Source: Bacteroidia bacterium
GTDB lineage: Bacteria > Bacteroidota > Bacteroidia > Palsa-965
Length of the DNA stretch: 64,000 nucleotides
Assembly: GCA_039918435.1 (NCBI GenBank)
Contig: JBDSHN010000057.1
Location: forward strand, 7,244-71,243
Reading direction: 5' to 3'
This document shows positions 1 to 11,912 of this stretch, piece by piece. Under the pieces are notes generated by a model. It had not been told where the DNA came from. It ran no database searches and saw nothing but the letters and a program-made list of their open reading frames with translations. A program made the position numbers and the translations under genes. Each line of letters starts with the position of its first letter. Position 1 is the first letter of the stretch.

Positions 1-2280
1 CTTAACACCAGAAATTCCTGGTGCTGTCTCAGTAGTAGACGTTGAGTCCTTTCCGGTTGTAGTTCCCGTTGTCGTAGTTCCTGTTGTTGACGTCCCCGTT
101 GTACTTGTCCCGGTACTTATCGTAGTTCCTGCACCAACTGTCGTTGTTCCAGTATCCGTTGTTGCTACTCCTGTGGTTGTTCCCGTATCCATTGTTCCTA
201 CTCCTGTGTTTGTTCCAGTATCCGTTGTTCCTGCTCCCGTAGTTGTGCCGGTAGTTGTTGTTCCCGGATCTCCATTCTGCGTTCCGGTGCCATTTTCTTT
301 ACCAGTGCCAGGATTGCCCGGTGTAAACGACGGATCTCCTTTACCTTTTTTGGGTGTGAAAAAATCTTTGAAGGCTTCCCACAGGTTTTCCAATCCTTTA
401 ATAATATCTTTCACAAGGTCCATCGGGTGTAAAATGTAATCGATGACTTTGTCAATTACCGCTTTTATTGTTTCTGCAATTTTCTTTGCGGTCTCTTTCA
501 TCCAGTTCCAAATCTCCTTACGGTATTCCCATATCAATTCAGCAAGATCCCAAATCAATAGAGCGACATCAATGATCATTAATATTTCTCCAAGGATCGG
601 AATCGCGTAAGCAATGGCTTTAATAATTCGCTCTGCTACTTTTTTACCAACCCATTTGATCAGTTTTTCCTCTATATACCTCGCTGATTTTGCAATAATC
701 CTTTCTTCAATCTTGTTTAGCTTATCCTTAAATTTTTTGGAAATATCTTTAACCCGCTCTCCAAACCTTTTCTCATACTTGGCTATATCCTTTTCTACCT
801 TATCAAGCTCTTTGGTCAATGTTTTTGCAGCCCGGTTTTCTTTCTCTGCTGTAGCATAAGCATCTTTCATGGCTTGCTTTTCGGCTTCACCTGCTTTTCC
901 GAGTTCTGTGGAACGGGTGGTTTTGGTTTTGATCCCGTCTTCAAGTTCACTAATACGCTGTTGATCTGCAGGCGAAGGATTGGTTTTTTTCTTTAATTTA
1001 TTTAATTCCTTTCTGTCTTGAATAACTTCCTTGTCGAGCGTTTTCTGTTCATCGCGTAAAACATTTTTATTTTCTTTTGCAGCAGCAGCTTCGTCTTTAA
1101 GATCTTTTTGTTTTGACTCATGCTTCTCCTTTTCACTTTGTTTTGATTTCTGAAGAAGCTGGTCAGCAAAATATTTAGATAGCTGTTTAAAAAGGTTTAC
1201 CGCAACTGTAACTTCTAAATTAAATTTGATAGTGCTTCCGTTTTCAATGCTATCCCATATTACAGGACACGCTTTTAGAAGATCATAAAGCAATTTAAAT
1301 TGGGGCTTTTCTAACTGCTCCTTTGTAATAAAGTCGGCAGTTGCTAACAGGCCCACACTGAATACATCCAGGCTTGGCATATTACCATCTAGTCCCGCTT
1401 TAAGCATTTTCCAATTGCCACTGAGCGTACAATTTATAAGACCATCTTTTGAATCAGCAACATCTTGTTTTCCTGAAACGGCAGCAATCGAAGCTTCTGC
1501 GAAACGATTATTGAGTTTGACTTTTGCTTCTGTATCTAAAACATTTAATTTGGATAGATCTTCCGCCGTTTTCGCTATAGTAAAGTGTAGTTCAAGAAAC
1601 GCTTTTGCTTCAACCGTGAAATATTTCGTATGGTCAATTTTATCATAGAATTCGCCAAGCAGACCTCTTAGAAAACGTTCCTTAAAATCATACTGCCACA
1701 GAATAACATTTAAGTAGGTCACCCTTTTAAATTGCCGCTGTAGCTTCGGCCGTACCCTTCCCTTCCCCTGCTGCACCGTATGCACCAGCTCATGCGCCAG
1801 CAACTCCTTATTCTCCGGCGATTCATTCTTCCCAAAATAAATATCCTGCCCGTGTGTAAACGCTTTTGCATTCACACTTTCATTCATCTCATTCGCTTCA
1901 CTGTTTGTATGAATTTTCACTCCGCTAAAATCCGCACCCATCCCCGATTCCATTTCACTCTTCGTGGAATCATCAAGCGATTGTCCGCTGCCTTTGCTGC
2001 TTTCTAATTTGGAATTAAATTCAGGAGTGGTTTCAAATGATCCTTCGCCTTTGCGATTGATCGTTCCACCTGTACCATGAATTTGCGCGGATTCGCCACT
2101 CATCACTTTTGCAGAAACAGCATCTGCTTCTTTTTCATCCGCATCATCAGGCGCACTTACTTCAAGCGATTTTTTTTGAATAGCAAGCAGTTGCTCGTGC
2201 ACTTCATTCCAATGCTCCTGGTCACGTTCCTGCCGGATGGCTCGCTGAATCTGTTCCTTGCGCCTGTCTATATATTCCAT
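1..2280 (-). CDS. DUF4157 (eCIS core domain) protein, at least 760 aa, 3' end beyond window
   Basis: Manual translation from ATG at 2280 is open to base 1: MEYIDRRKEQIQR...LEVSAPDDADEKEADAVSAKVM...GSGQSLDDSTKSEMESGMGADFSGVKIHTNSEANEMNESVNAKAFTHGQDIYFG...LLAHELVHTVQQ...KLQR, then coiled coil, hydrophobic segment and Thr/Gly-rich tail. Missing from ORF track because no stop lies in the window. Confidence 0.9.
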   Translation of the reverse strand, partial: MEYIDRRKEQIQRAIRQERDQEHWNEVHEQLLAIQKKSLEVSAPDDADEKEADAVSAKVMSGESAQIHGTGGTINRKGEGSFETTPEFNSKLESSKGSGQSLDDSTKSEMESGMGADFSGVKIHTNSEANEMNESVNAKAFTHGQDIYFGKNESPENKELLAHELVHTVQQGKGRVRPKLQRQFKRVTYLNVILWQYDFKERFLRGLLGEFYDKIDHTKYFTVEAKAFLELHFTIAKTAEDLSKLNVLDTEAKVKLNNRFAEASIAAVSGKQDVADSKDGLINCTLSGNWKMLKAGLDGNMPSLDVFSVGLLATADFITKEQLEKPQFKLLYDLLKACPVIWDSIENGSTIKFNLEVTVAVNLFKQLSKYFADQLLQKSKQSEKEKHESKQKDLKDEAAAAKENKNVLRDEQKTLDKEVIQDRKELNKLKKKTNPSPADQQRISELEDGIKTKTTRSTELGKAGEAEKQAMKDAYATAEKENRAAKTLTKELDKVEKDIAKYEKRFGERVKDISKKFKDKLNKIEERIIAKSARYIEEKLIKWVGKKVAERIIKAIAYAIPILGEILMIIDVALLIWDLAELIWEYRKEIWNWMKETAKKIAETIKAVIDKVIDYILHPMDLVKDIIKGLENLWEAFKDFFTPKKGKGDPSFTPGNPGTGKENGTGTQNGDPGTTTTGTTTGAGTTDTGTNTGVGTMDTGTTTGVATTDTGTTTVGAGTTISTGTSTTGTSTTGTTTTGTTTGKDSTSTTETAPGISGVK
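133..231 (-). repeat. 3 x 33-bp coding tandem repeat in Thr/Gly-rich linker
   Basis: GTTDTGTNTGV / GTMDTGTTTGV / ATTDTGTTTVG. Confidence 0.8.
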
Positions 2281-2480
2281 TCCTGTTATTGCAGTTTATA
2301 GCCGCTCAAGGTAAATCATTTGAAGTTTTTATTCTTGGACAATTTTTGGCAAAGGTGACACCGAAATTTGTCGACTTCAAAATTCAACTACCTGATTTTC
2401 AGCCGACAAAGCATCTTAAAAACAGCAAAAGGTGACAGTATCGGAATTTGGCTGCCGGAATTATTTTCCTGAAAAAGAGC

Positions 2481-2519
2481 AAAAAAAATCCCCCCGTCAG
2501 AGACGAGAGGACTTTTTGT
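2481..2519 (-). terminator. Intrinsic terminator after rpoC
   Basis: Minus strand gtcctctcgtc-tct-gacggggggat followed by T run. Confidence 0.8.
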
Positions 2520-2538
2520 TCTATAAAGAAAGAAACTT

Positions 2539-5500
2539 TTATGCTTCTTCTTCCATCGCTTCTTTTTTCGCAGCGAGGAGTTTTTCGTACTCGTCTTTCG
2601 ATCCGACCACAAGCTTTTCGTAAGTGCGGTGACCTGTTCCGGCTGGAATAAGGTGACCAACAATAACGTTTTCTTTGAGTCCGTTGAGGATATCCACTTT
2701 TCCGTTGACAGCAGCTTCGTTGAGGACTTTTGTTGTTTCCTGGAAGGAAGCAGCAGAAACCCATGAATTGGTCTGCAACGATGCACGTGTGATACCCTGA
2801 AGAATCTGTGAAGAGGTTGCAGGAACAGCATCACGTGCTTCAACCTGCTTCTGATCTTTACGTTTCAACATGGAATTCTCATCGCGCAATTTACGTGCGG
2901 ATATGATCTGGCCGGGTTTGATGCTTTGTGAATCACCAGGTTCAACGACAACTTTTTTGCCGTAGAGACGATCATTCTCTTCCATGAAATCAGCTTTGTT
3001 TGCAAGCTGTGTCTCAAGGAAAATTGTATCACCCGGATCAACGATATCCACTTTGCGCATCATCTGACGGACGATAACTTCAAAGTGTTTGTCATTGATT
3101 TTTACACCCTGCAAACGGTAAACTTCCTGCACCTCGTTAACAAGATATTCCTGTACTGCTGTTGGTCCTTTGATCGCGAGAATATCTCCCGGAGAAATTG
3201 AACCATCAGATAATGCTTCTCCTGCACGAACGAAGTCATTTTCCTGTACAAGGATATGTTTTGATAACGGAACAAGATATGTTTTGCGTTCGCCTGTGCG
3301 TGACTCAACCATAACTTCACGGTTACCACGTTTGATCTTTCCGAAAGTAACAACTCCGTCAATTTCAGAAACTACTGCAGGGTTTGAAGGATTACGTGCT
3401 TCAAACAATTCAGTAACACGCGGAAGACCACCGGTGATATCACCTTGTTTTCCAAGAGCACGTGGGATCTTAACCAGGATCTGCCCCGGCTCGATCTTCG
3501 CGTGATTGTCAACAACGATATGCGCCGCTACAGGAAGGTTATAGTTTTTAAGAATCTCAGAACCACCCATGATGCGGATAGAAGGATTCTTCGTTTTATC
3601 TTTTGTTTCGATAATTACTTTCTCAGCAAATCCGGTTTGCTCATCAGACTCTTCACGGAAAGTAACACCTTCTTCAACATGTTCGAATTCAAGCTTACCA
3701 CCGAATTCAGAAACGATAACCGCATTGTAAGGATCCCAGTCGCAGATCACTTCGTTCTTTTTCACGTTCTGTCCGTTTTTCACATAAAGCTGTGAACCAT
3801 AAGGAACGTTACCTGTTGTAAGAACGATCTTCGTATTGGTATCAATGATGCGCATCTCTGCAGAACGGCCGATAACAACATCAATCATATTACCTTCTGC
3901 ATTCTTACGTTTTACAGTACGAAGTTCTTCGATCTCGATAATACCATCGTATTTCGCTTCCAGTTTAGAAGCAGCAGCGATACTCGACGCAGTTCCTCCA
4001 ACGTGGAAGGTACGAAGTGTAAGCTGTGTACCCGGCTCACCGATTGACTGTGCTGCGATAACACCAACAGCTTCACCTTGCTGAACCATGCGGCCCGATG
4101 CAAGATTACGTCCGTAGCATTTTCCGCAAACTCCTTGCTTCGATTCGCAGGTAAGCACCGAGCGGATCTCAACAGATTCGATTGCTGTGTTGGCAATCTG
4201 CATTGCATAACCTTCAGTGATCTCAGAACCGGATTCGATAATGAGGTCGCCAGTTTGCGGATCGTATACATCGTGAACCGCTGTGCGACCGAGAATACGA
4301 TCGTGCAATGATTCAACAACTTCTTCATTTTTCTTCAATGGAACTGCAATGAGTCCGCGAAGTGTACCACAATCTTCTTCTGTGATGACAACATCCTGCG
4401 CAACGTCAACGAGACGACGTGTGAGGTAACCCGCATCCGCTGTTTTAAGAGCAGTATCGGCAAGACCTTTACGCGCACCGTGAGTGGAGATGAAGTACTC
4501 AAGAATTGACAGACCTTCTTTGAAGTTGGAGATAACGGGATTCTCGATGATCTCCCCGCCTGACGAACCAGCTTTCGAAGGTTTTGCCATCAGTCCACGC
4601 ATACCACCGAGCTGTTTGATCTGCTCTTTGGATCCACGCGCACCGGAATCAAGCATCATATACACAGGATTGAATCCCTGGCGATCTGACGACAATTGGT
4701 CAAGTACACGCTTGGTGATTTTATTATTTGTGTGTGTCCAGATGTCAATGATCTGGTTGTAACGCTCGTTGTTGGTAATGAAACCCAGGTTGTAATTGGA
4801 TCTCACTTCTTCCACCTGTTCGTTAGCATCCTTGATCATTTTCGGCTTTTCTTCCGGAACGATAATGTCACCAAGGTTGAACGAAAGTCCACCTTTGAAT
4901 GCCATACGGAACCCAAGCTCTTTGATATCATCAAGGAACTTCGCTGTTTTAGCCATACCGGTTTCTTTCACAATCGCTCCGATAATATCGCGAAGTGATT
5001 TTTTGGTAAGAAGTTCATTGATATAACCTGCTTCGAAAGGAACAACCTGGTTGAAGATGATACGACCTAATGTTGTTTCAATTACTTTAGGTAAAAGGTT
5101 ATCGCCTTCTTTGTGATTCTGGATTTTAACGTGAACCCATGCATGAAGCTGCACGCGTCCTTCGTTGTAAGCGATAATTGCTTCTTCCGCGCTGTAGAAT
5201 TTCAAACCTTCACCTTTAACAGTAACGGTTTCGTCTGTGCGCATTCCTTTGGTCATGTAATACAGACCAAGCACCATGTCTTGAGATGGAACCGCAATCG
5301 GCGCACCATTCGCAGGGTTAAGAATGTTGTGTGAAGCAAGCATCAGGATCTGTGCTTCGAGAATAGCTGCATTTCCAAGCGGAACGTGTACAGCCATTTG
5401 GTCACCATCAAAATCGGCGTTGAACGCTGTACAAACGAGTGGATGCAGCTGGATCGCTTTTCCTTCGATCAATTTTGGCTGGAAAGCCTGAATACCTAAT

Positions 5501-6834
5501 CTGTGAAGTGTAGGAGCACGATTCAGAAGAACCGGGTGTCCGCGAAGAACATTCTCGAGGATATCCCATACAACAGCATCTTTTCTGTCAACGATTTTCT
5601 TCGCTGATTTAACTGTTTTCACAATTCCACGCTCGATGAGCTTGCGGATGATAAACGGTTTGAAAAGTTCAGCTGCCATATCTTTGGGCAAACCGCACTC
5701 GTGTAATTTTAATTCTGGTCCAACGACGATAACCGAACGCGCAGAATAATCGACACGTTTTCCGAGCAAATTCTGACGGAACCGGCCTTGTTTTCCTTTG
5801 AGGGAATCAGACAGCGATTTGAGGGCGCGGTTTGATTCTGTTTTAACAGCGTTTGATTTACGTGAGTTATCGAATAATGAATCGACAGCTTCCTGCAACA
5901 TACGTTTCTCGTTACGGAGAATTACGTCAGGAGCTTTGATCTCGATCAAACGTTTGAGACGATTGTTACGAATGATCACACGACGATACAAATCGTTCAG
6001 ATCGGAAGTAGCGAAACGTCCGCCATCTAACGGAACGAGTGGACGAAGCTCCGGTGGAATAACAGGAACAACTTTGATAATCATCCATTCCGGACGATTT
6101 TCAACGTGTTTGTTTGCCTGGCGGAATGCTTCAACAACCTGGAGACGTTTGAGCGCCTCGTTTTTACGCTGCTGTGAAGTTTCTGTATTCGCTTTGTGAC
6201 GTAAATCGTAAGAAAGTTCATCCAGTTTTGTACGTTGCAATAAGTCATACAACGCTTCTGCACCCATACGCGCCACGAACTTGTTAGGATCCATGTCATC
6301 GAGGTGAAGATTTTCTTTTGGAAGTGTGTCAAGAATTTCAAGATACTGTTCTTCAGTTAAGAAGTCCATATATTGAATTCCATCTTCACCTTTAATACCA
6401 GCATTAATTACAACATAACGCTCGTAATAAATGATCATGTCGAGCTTCTTTGTAGGAAGTCCTAACAGGTAACCGATTTTGTTTGGCAAAGAACGGAAGT
6501 ACCAGATGTGAGCAACAGGCACAGTCAGATTGATATGACCCATGCGCTCACGACGTACTTTTTTCTCTGTTACTTCAACACCGCAACGGTCGCAAACGAT
6601 TCCTTTATATCGGATACGTTTGTATTTACCGCAATGACACTCCCAGTCTTTCACTGGTCCGAAGATCCGCTCGCAGAACAAACCATCGCGTTCAGGCTTG
6701 TAAGTACGGTAGTTGATCGTCTCCGGTTTAAGCACTTCACCGCTCGAACGTTCAAGGATGGATTCCGGGGAAGCCAGGCTGATCGTGATCGTAGAGAAGT
6801 TACTTTTTATTTTGATATCTTTTCGGAAAGACAT
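2539..6834 (-). CDS. rpoC: RNA polymerase beta' subunit
   Basis: NADFDGD motif, Zn-finger Cys residues, 1431 aa. Confidence 0.99.
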   Translation of the reverse strand: MSFRKDIKIKSNFSTITISLASPESILERSSGEVLKPETINYRTYKPERDGLFCERIFGPVKDWECHCGKYKRIRYKGIVCDRCGVEVTEKKVRRERMGHINLTVPVAHIWYFRSLPNKIGYLLGLPTKKLDMIIYYERYVVINAGIKGEDGIQYMDFLTEEQYLEILDTLPKENLHLDDMDPNKFVARMGAEALYDLLQRTKLDELSYDLRHKANTETSQQRKNEALKRLQVVEAFRQANKHVENRPEWMIIKVVPVIPPELRPLVPLDGGRFATSDLNDLYRRVIIRNNRLKRLIEIKAPDVILRNEKRMLQEAVDSLFDNSRKSNAVKTESNRALKSLSDSLKGKQGRFRQNLLGKRVDYSARSVIVVGPELKLHECGLPKDMAAELFKPFIIRKLIERGIVKTVKSAKKIVDRKDAVVWDILENVLRGHPVLLNRAPTLHRLGIQAFQPKLIEGKAIQLHPLVCTAFNADFDGDQMAVHVPLGNAAILEAQILMLASHNILNPANGAPIAVPSQDMVLGLYYMTKGMRTDETVTVKGEGLKFYSAEEAIIAYNEGRVQLHAWVHVKIQNHKEGDNLLPKVIETTLGRIIFNQVVPFEAGYINELLTKKSLRDIIGAIVKETGMAKTAKFLDDIKELGFRMAFKGGLSFNLGDIIVPEEKPKMIKDANEQVEEVRSNYNLGFITNNERYNQIIDIWTHTNNKITKRVLDQLSSDRQGFNPVYMMLDSGARGSKEQIKQLGGMRGLMAKPSKAGSSGGEIIENPVISNFKEGLSILEYFISTHGARKGLADTALKTADAGYLTRRLVDVAQDVVITEEDCGTLRGLIAVPLKKNEEVVESLHDRILGRTAVHDVYDPQTGDLIIESGSEITEGYAMQIANTAIESVEIRSVLTCESKQGVCGKCYGRNLASGRMVQQGEAVGVIAAQSIGEPGTQLTLRTFHVGGTASSIAAASKLEAKYDGIIEIEELRTVKRKNAEGNMIDVVIGRSAEMRIIDTNTKIVLTTGNVPYGSQLYVKNGQNVKKNEVICDWDPYNAVIVSEFGGKLEFEHVEEGVTFREESDEQTGFAEKVIIETKDKTKNPSIRIMGGSEILKNYNLPVAAHIVVDNHAKIEPGQILVKIPRALGKQGDITGGLPRVTELFEARNPSNPAVVSEIDGVVTFGKIKRGNREVMVESRTGERKTYLVPLSKHILVQENDFVRAGEALSDGSISPGDILAIKGPTAVQEYLVNEVQEVYRLQGVKINDKHFEVIVRQMMRKVDIVDPGDTIFLETQLANKADFMEENDRLYGKKVVVEPGDSQSIKPGQIISARKLRDENSMLKRKDQKQVEARDAVPATSSQILQGITRASLQTNSWVSAASFQETTKVLNEAAVNGKVDILNGLKENVIVGHLIPAGTGHRTYEKLVVGSKDEYEKLLAAKKEAMEEEA

Positions 6835-6882
6835 GTTTTGTTTTGTTTTCGTTCGTGAAAATAAAAACTGAATCGGTTGAAA

Positions 6883-9800
6883 TTAGTCGAGGCTGACGTT
6901 GAGCGCAAGACCGCGAAGTTCATGCAACAATACGTTGAATGATTCCGGGATGCCAGGTGTTGGCATATTCTCACCCTTAACAATTGCTTCGTAAGCTTTT
7001 GCACGGCCTACTACATCATCAGACTTGATCGTCAGAATTTCCTGGAGAATGTTTGCTGCACCGAATGCTTCGAGTGCCCAAACTTCCATCTCTCCGAAAC
7101 GCTGACCACCGAACTGTGCTTTACCACCAAGCGGCTGCTGGGTAATGAGCGAGTATGGTCCGATAGAACGTGCGTGCATTTTGTCATCAACCATGTGACC
7201 GAGCTTCAGCATGTAAATTACACCCACTGTTGCAGGTTGATCGAAAGGTTCTCCCGATCCGCCGTCAGTTAAGAAGGTACGGCCATAACGTGGCAGTCCT
7301 GCTTTGTCGGTGTATGCATTGATCTCGTCAATGGTTGCTCCGTCGAAAATCGGAGTTCCGAATTTCAAACCAAGCTTCATACCAGCCCAGCCAAGTACAG
7401 TTTCATAGATCTGTCCAAGGTTCATACGCGATGGTACACCAAGCGGATTGAGGACGATATCAACGGTTGATCCATCATCTAGGAACGGCATATCTTCATC
7501 ACGCACAATACGCGCAACAATACCTTTGTTTCCGTGACGGCCCGCCATTTTATCTCCCACTTTCAGCTTACGTTTTTTCGCGATGTAAACCTTAGCAAGC
7601 TGAACAATTCCTGCTGGCAATTCATCACCCACCTGTAAAGCGAATTTCTTACGCTTGTACACACCACCAAGATCATTGTTCTTGATGTTGAAGTTGTGAA
7701 GAACTGCTTTTACAAGCTCATTTGTTTCAGGATCGTTGGTCCATTTAGACTGATTCACGTTGGCATAATCAATTTTCTCAAGGACTTTTCCGCTGAACTT
7801 CGTGCCTTTTTCAACTACTTCTTCTTTGAGGTTGCTGAACACGCCCGGAGTTGATTTCCCGCTGAGAATTGATGTGAGCTTTTCAACAAGAACTGCTTTC
7901 AAAGCTGCTGCTTCAACTGCTTCTTCTTTATCGATTTTCTCAACGAGGGTTTTCTCGTCAGCTTTCGCTTTTTTGTCTTTGATAGCGCGTGAGAAAAGTT
8001 TTTTGTCGATGATCACACCACGAATGGATGGCGGAACTTTCAACGAAGCATCTTTTACATCACCAGCTTTATCGCCAAAGATCGCACGAAGAAGTTTTTC
8101 TTCCGGAGAAGGATCTGTTTCACCTTTCGGTGTGATCTTTCCGATAAGAATATCTCCTTCTTTCACTTCAGCACCAATGCGGATCAATCCGTTTTCATCA
8201 AGGTCTTTTGTTGCCTCTTCAGAAACGTTCGGAATATCTGCGGTTAATTCTTCAAGTCCGCGTTTTGTATCACGCACTTCCATCACGTATTCATCAATGT
8301 GAAGAGAAGTGAAGATGTCATCACGCACAACGCGTTCGCTGATAACGATAGCATCCTCGAAGTTGTAACCTTTCCATGGCATGAAAGCCACTTTCAGGTT
8401 TCTTCCCAATGCTACTTCTGCGTCTTTCGTTGCATAACCTTCACAAAGGATCTGACCACTTTTCACTTTGTCTCCTTTTTTCACCATCGGGCGAAGGTTG
8501 ACACAAGTGCTTTGGTTGGTTTTGCGGAATTTAGTGAGCTTGTATGTTTTCAGATCGTCATCGAAACTAACGAGACGGTCTTTATCTGTACGGCTGTAAC
8601 GGATCGTGATCTCTGTTGCATCAGCATATTCAACGAATCCTTCGCCTTCAGCCTGCCAGAGAACACGTGAATCTTTGGCGATAAGTCCTTCAAGACCTGT
8701 ACCAACGATCGGCGCTTCCGGGCGAAGCAATGGAACAGCCTGGCGTTGCATGTTCGAACCCATCAGGGCACGGTTAGCATCATCATGCTCAAGGAAAGGA
8801 ATCAAAGAAGCCGCGATAGAAGCAATTTGATTCGGGGCAACGTCCATCAACGTGATTACTTCAGGCTCTACAACCGGGTAATCCGATTCGTAACGTGCTT
8901 TGATACGTTTCTCGATGAAGTTTCCTTTATCATCAGTTTCTGCGTTCGCCTGCGCGATAGTACGCATATCCTCTTCTTCTGCAGTTAAGTAGATAACCGG
9001 CTTGTTGATATCGATCTTACCGTTTGTAACTGTGCGGTAAGGTGTTTCGATAAATCCAAGCTTGTTGATCTTCGCATAAACGCAAAGTGAAGAGATAAGA
9101 CCGATGTTTGGTCCCTCTGGTGTTTCGATGGTGCAAAGACGTCCGTAGTGCGTATAGTGAACGTCACGAACCTCGAAACCTGCGCGCTCACGTGAAAGAC
9201 CTCCCGGCCCGAGTGCGGAGAGACGACGCTTGTGCGTAATCTCTGCCAACGGGTTGGTCTGATCCATAAACTGTGAAAGCTGGTTGGTTCCGAAGAACGA
9301 ATTGATAACGGAAGAAAGTGTCTTCGCATTGATCAGGTCGGTTGGTGTGAAAACTTCATTGTCACGAACGTTCATACGCTCACGAATGGTACGTGCCATA
9401 CGGGCAAGACCAACTCCGAATTGAGAATACAATTGTTCACCAACTGTTCTTACGCGACGATTTGACAAGTGATCAATATCATCCACATCCGCTTTCGAGT
9501 TAATGAGCTCGATAAGATATTTAATGATCGCGATAATATCATCTTTTGTAAGAACGCGTGTCTCAGAAGAGGTAGTTGCTTTTAACTTCCTGTTGATACG
9601 GTAACGACCAACTTCACCAAGATCATAACGCTTATCGGAGAAGAAAAGCTTGTCGATAATTCCACGTGCTGTTTCTTCATCCGGTGGTTCAGCATTACGA
9701 AGCTGACGGTAGATGTGCTCCACGGCTTCCTTCTCAGAATTCGAAGTATCCTTCTGGAGTGTATTATAGATAATAGAATAATCAAGATTTGCGGCGTCTT

Positions 9801-10692
9801 CTTTGTGCAGAATGACAGATTTTACGTTGGCATCAACGATCAGATCCACATGCTGATTTTCAAGAATAGTTTCGCGATCGATGATAACTTCGTTACGCTC
9901 AATAGAAACAACTTCACCGGTATCTTCATCTACGAAATCTTCCACCCATGTTTTCAAAACGCGGGCAGCAAGTTTGCGGCCGATAACTGCTTTCAGAGCT
10001 GCTTTAGAAACTTTCACTTCATCGGCAAGACCGAAAAGCTCAAGAATCTGTTTATCACTTTCCCAGCCGATAGCGCGGAGAAGTGTTGTAACCGGTAATT
10101 TTTTCTTACGGTCGATGTATGCATACATGACGTTATTGATGTCAGTTGCAAACTCGATCCATGAACCTTTGAAAGGAATTACACGGGCAGAATATAGCTT
10201 AGTTCCGTTTGCATGGCGCGACTGTCCGAAGAACACACCAGGTGAACGGTGCAGCTGCGATACAATAACACGTTCAGCGCCATTGATAACGAAAGTAGCG
10301 CGCGGGGTCATGTACGGGATTGTTCCCAGGTACACATCCTGCACGATGGTTTCGAAATCTTCATGTTCCGGGTCTGTGCAATACAAACGTAGTTTTGCTT
10401 TAAGCGGAACACTGTAAGTTAATCCACGCTCGATACACTCATCGATTGAATAGCGTGGAGGGTCAACAAAATAATCCAGGAATTCGAGCACGAAATTGTT
10501 TCGGGCATCAGTGATTGGAAAATTCTCACTGAATACTTTAAACAGACCTTCGTCCTGACGATTTTCGCTGGTAGTTTCTAACTGGAAGAAATCCTGGAAG
10601 GATTTCAGCTGAATATCCAGGAAATCCGGATAATCGATTTGAGCTTTGCTCTTTGCAAAACTTATGCGTTGCTGTTTTTTGGTCGTTTCCAA
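6883..10692 (-). CDS. rpoB: RNA polymerase beta subunit
   Basis: [12 protein letters not shown] and GGQRFGEME motifs. Start placed at TTG 10692 ([12 protein letters not shown]); the ORF-track start at 10737 lies in the upstream hairpin's T tract. Confidence 0.98.
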   Translation of the reverse strand: METTKKQQRISFAKSKAQIDYPDFLDIQLKSFQDFFQLETTSENRQDEGLFKVFSENFPITDARNNFVLEFLDYFVDPPRYSIDECIERGLTYSVPLKAKLRLYCTDPEHEDFETIVQDVYLGTIPYMTPRATFVINGAERVIVSQLHRSPGVFFGQSRHANGTKLYSARVIPFKGSWIEFATDINNVMYAYIDRKKKLPVTTLLRAIGWESDKQILELFGLADEVKVSKAALKAVIGRKLAARVLKTWVEDFVDEDTGEVVSIERNEVIIDRETILENQHVDLIVDANVKSVILHKEDAANLDYSIIYNTLQKDTSNSEKEAVEHIYRQLRNAEPPDEETARGIIDKLFFSDKRYDLGEVGRYRINRKLKATTSSETRVLTKDDIIAIIKYLIELINSKADVDDIDHLSNRRVRTVGEQLYSQFGVGLARMARTIRERMNVRDNEVFTPTDLINAKTLSSVINSFFGTNQLSQFMDQTNPLAEITHKRRLSALGPGGLSRERAGFEVRDVHYTHYGRLCTIETPEGPNIGLISSLCVYAKINKLGFIETPYRTVTNGKIDINKPVIYLTAEEEDMRTIAQANAETDDKGNFIEKRIKARYESDYPVVEPEVITLMDVAPNQIASIAASLIPFLEHDDANRALMGSNMQRQAVPLLRPEAPIVGTGLEGLIAKDSRVLWQAEGEGFVEYADATEITIRYSRTDKDRLVSFDDDLKTYKLTKFRKTNQSTCVNLRPMVKKGDKVKSGQILCEGYATKDAEVALGRNLKVAFMPWKGYNFEDAIVISERVVRDDIFTSLHIDEYVMEVRDTKRGLEELTADIPNVSEEATKDLDENGLIRIGAEVKEGDILIGKITPKGETDPSPEEKLLRAIFGDKAGDVKDASLKVPPSIRGVIIDKKLFSRAIKDKKAKADEKTLVEKIDKEEAVEAAALKAVLVEKLTSILSGKSTPGVFSNLKEEVVEKGTKFSGKVLEKIDYANVNQSKWTNDPETNELVKAVLHNFNIKNNDLGGVYKRKKFALQVGDELPAGIVQLAKVYIAKKRKLKVGDKMAGRHGNKGIVARIVRDEDMPFLDDGSTVDIVLNPLGVPSRMNLGQIYETVLGWAGMKLGLKFGTPIFDGATIDEINAYTDKAGLPRYGRTFLTDGGSGEPFDQPATVGVIYMLKLGHMVDDKMHARSIGPYSLITQQPLGGKAQFGGQRFGEMEVWALEAFGAANILQEILTIKSDDVVGRAKAYEAIVKGENMPTPGIPESFNVLLHELRGLALNVSLD

Positions 10693-10730
10693 AGCTTCGG
10701 AATTAATGCGTGAAAATAAATGCACTGTAA

Positions 10731-10778
10731 GCAACAAAAGGGTTTAGATCCTTCCTCATGATGGGAAGGATCTAAACC
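10731..10778 (-). terminator. Terminator/attenuator hairpin between rplL and rpoB
   Basis: Perfect 15-bp inverted repeat ggtttagatccttcc / ggaaggatctaaacc followed by CTTTTGTT on minus strand. Confidence 0.75.
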
Positions 10779-10799
10779 TAAATTCAGGTAAGAAGCGGA

Positions 10800-11171
10800 T
10801 TACTTAACCTCAACTTCAGCACCAGCGTCAGCCAGTAACTTTTTGAGTGATTCTGCATCTTCTTTGCTAACACCTTCTTTGATAGGCTTCGGAGCGCCAT
10901 CAACGAGGTCTTTTGCTTCTTTAAGTCCAAGTCCTGTTGCATCTTTAACGATTTTCACAATCGCCAGCTTTGTCGGGCCAGCCGCTTTGAGAATTACGTC
11001 GAATGATGTTTGCTCAGCAGCTGCAGGGGCACCAGCACCAGGGCCAGCTACCATTGCAGCAGCAGCAGCAGGTTCGATTCCATACTCGTCTTTCAATACT
11101 TTTGCAAGTTCACTTACTTCTTTAACAGTAAGGTTAACTAACGTTTCTGCGATAGCTTTTACGTCTGCCAT
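10800..11171 (-). CDS. rplL: 50S ribosomal protein L7/L12
   Basis: [14 protein letters not shown] motif, Ala-rich hinge, synteny. Confidence 0.99.
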   Translation of the reverse strand: MADVKAIAETLVNLTVKEVSELAKVLKDEYGIEPAAAAAMVAGPGAGAPAAAEQTSFDVILKAAGPTKLAIVKIVKDATGLGLKEAKDLVDGAPKPIKEGVSKEDAESLKKLLADAGAEVEVK

Positions 11172-11281
11172 TTTATTTATTTGGTTTTTGTGATTTAACT
11201 TTTGGAGTGAGTTGTGATGTTTGGTAATTAGTCGTGCAGCATTAGCTGAACGTTAGGAAGCTTGTTCCTCAGGTTAATGCT

Positions 11282-11875
11282 TTAGGAATTGATATCAGGA
11301 TCTACCTGCTGGTCAGCTCCTGTCGGCGCTGACGATTCAGGTGTAGCTGTAGCTTCTGCTTCCGGAGCTGCTGTTTCTTCTGCGCCTGGCATTTTGCGGT
11401 CCTCGTTGGTGAGGGCGCCAATAACATTGCGTATTGGAGACAAGAGAGCTGCAAGTACGTCGCCGATAAGTTCGTTTTTCGATTTTATCGCTGCGAGTGC
11501 ATCCAGCTGATCGTCGCCGATATAAATGCTTTGCTCAACGAATGCGCCTTTCAACACCGGCTTTTTGTTGGTCAGACGGAACTCTTTAATAAGTTTCGCT
11601 GGTGCTGCGGCTGAATCGCTGAACATGATTGATGTAGAGCCTTTCAACGTGGTATAAAGAGATTTGAACTCTTCATCGTTTGTACGCTCCAGCGCTTTTT
11701 GTAAAAGCGTGTTTTTTACAACAATCAGGTTTATCGATTGATCAAAACATTTCCTCCTCAAAGCGCTGGTCTTATTAGACGCAAGCTCAGAAGTATCGGC
11801 CAGGTAGAAATTCTTGCTTGCTGCAATCTTTTCTGCAAGGTCGTTGATGATTTGTGTTTTATTTTCTTTATTCAT
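11282..11875 (-). CDS. rplJ: 50S ribosomal protein L10 with acidic C-terminal extension
   Basis: VVKNTLL motif, synteny. Confidence 0.97.
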   Translation of the reverse strand: MNKENKTQIINDLAEKIAASKNFYLADTSELASNKTSALRRKCFDQSINLIVVKNTLLQKALERTNDEEFKSLYTTLKGSTSIMFSDSAAAPAKLIKEFRLTNKKPVLKGAFVEQSIYIGDDQLDALAAIKSKNELIGDVLAALLSPIRNVIGALTNEDRKMPGAEETAAPEAEATATPESSAPTGADQQVDPDINS

Positions 11876-11912
11876 TTCGATGATCAGTTAATGATCCGAT
11901 TATAAAAGACTG

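Noticed and set aside
173-2301. Plus-strand short ORFs (173-439, 614-859, 1415-1648, 1780-2007, 2077-2301)
   Set aside because: Antisense shadows of the long minus-strand DUF4157 frame.
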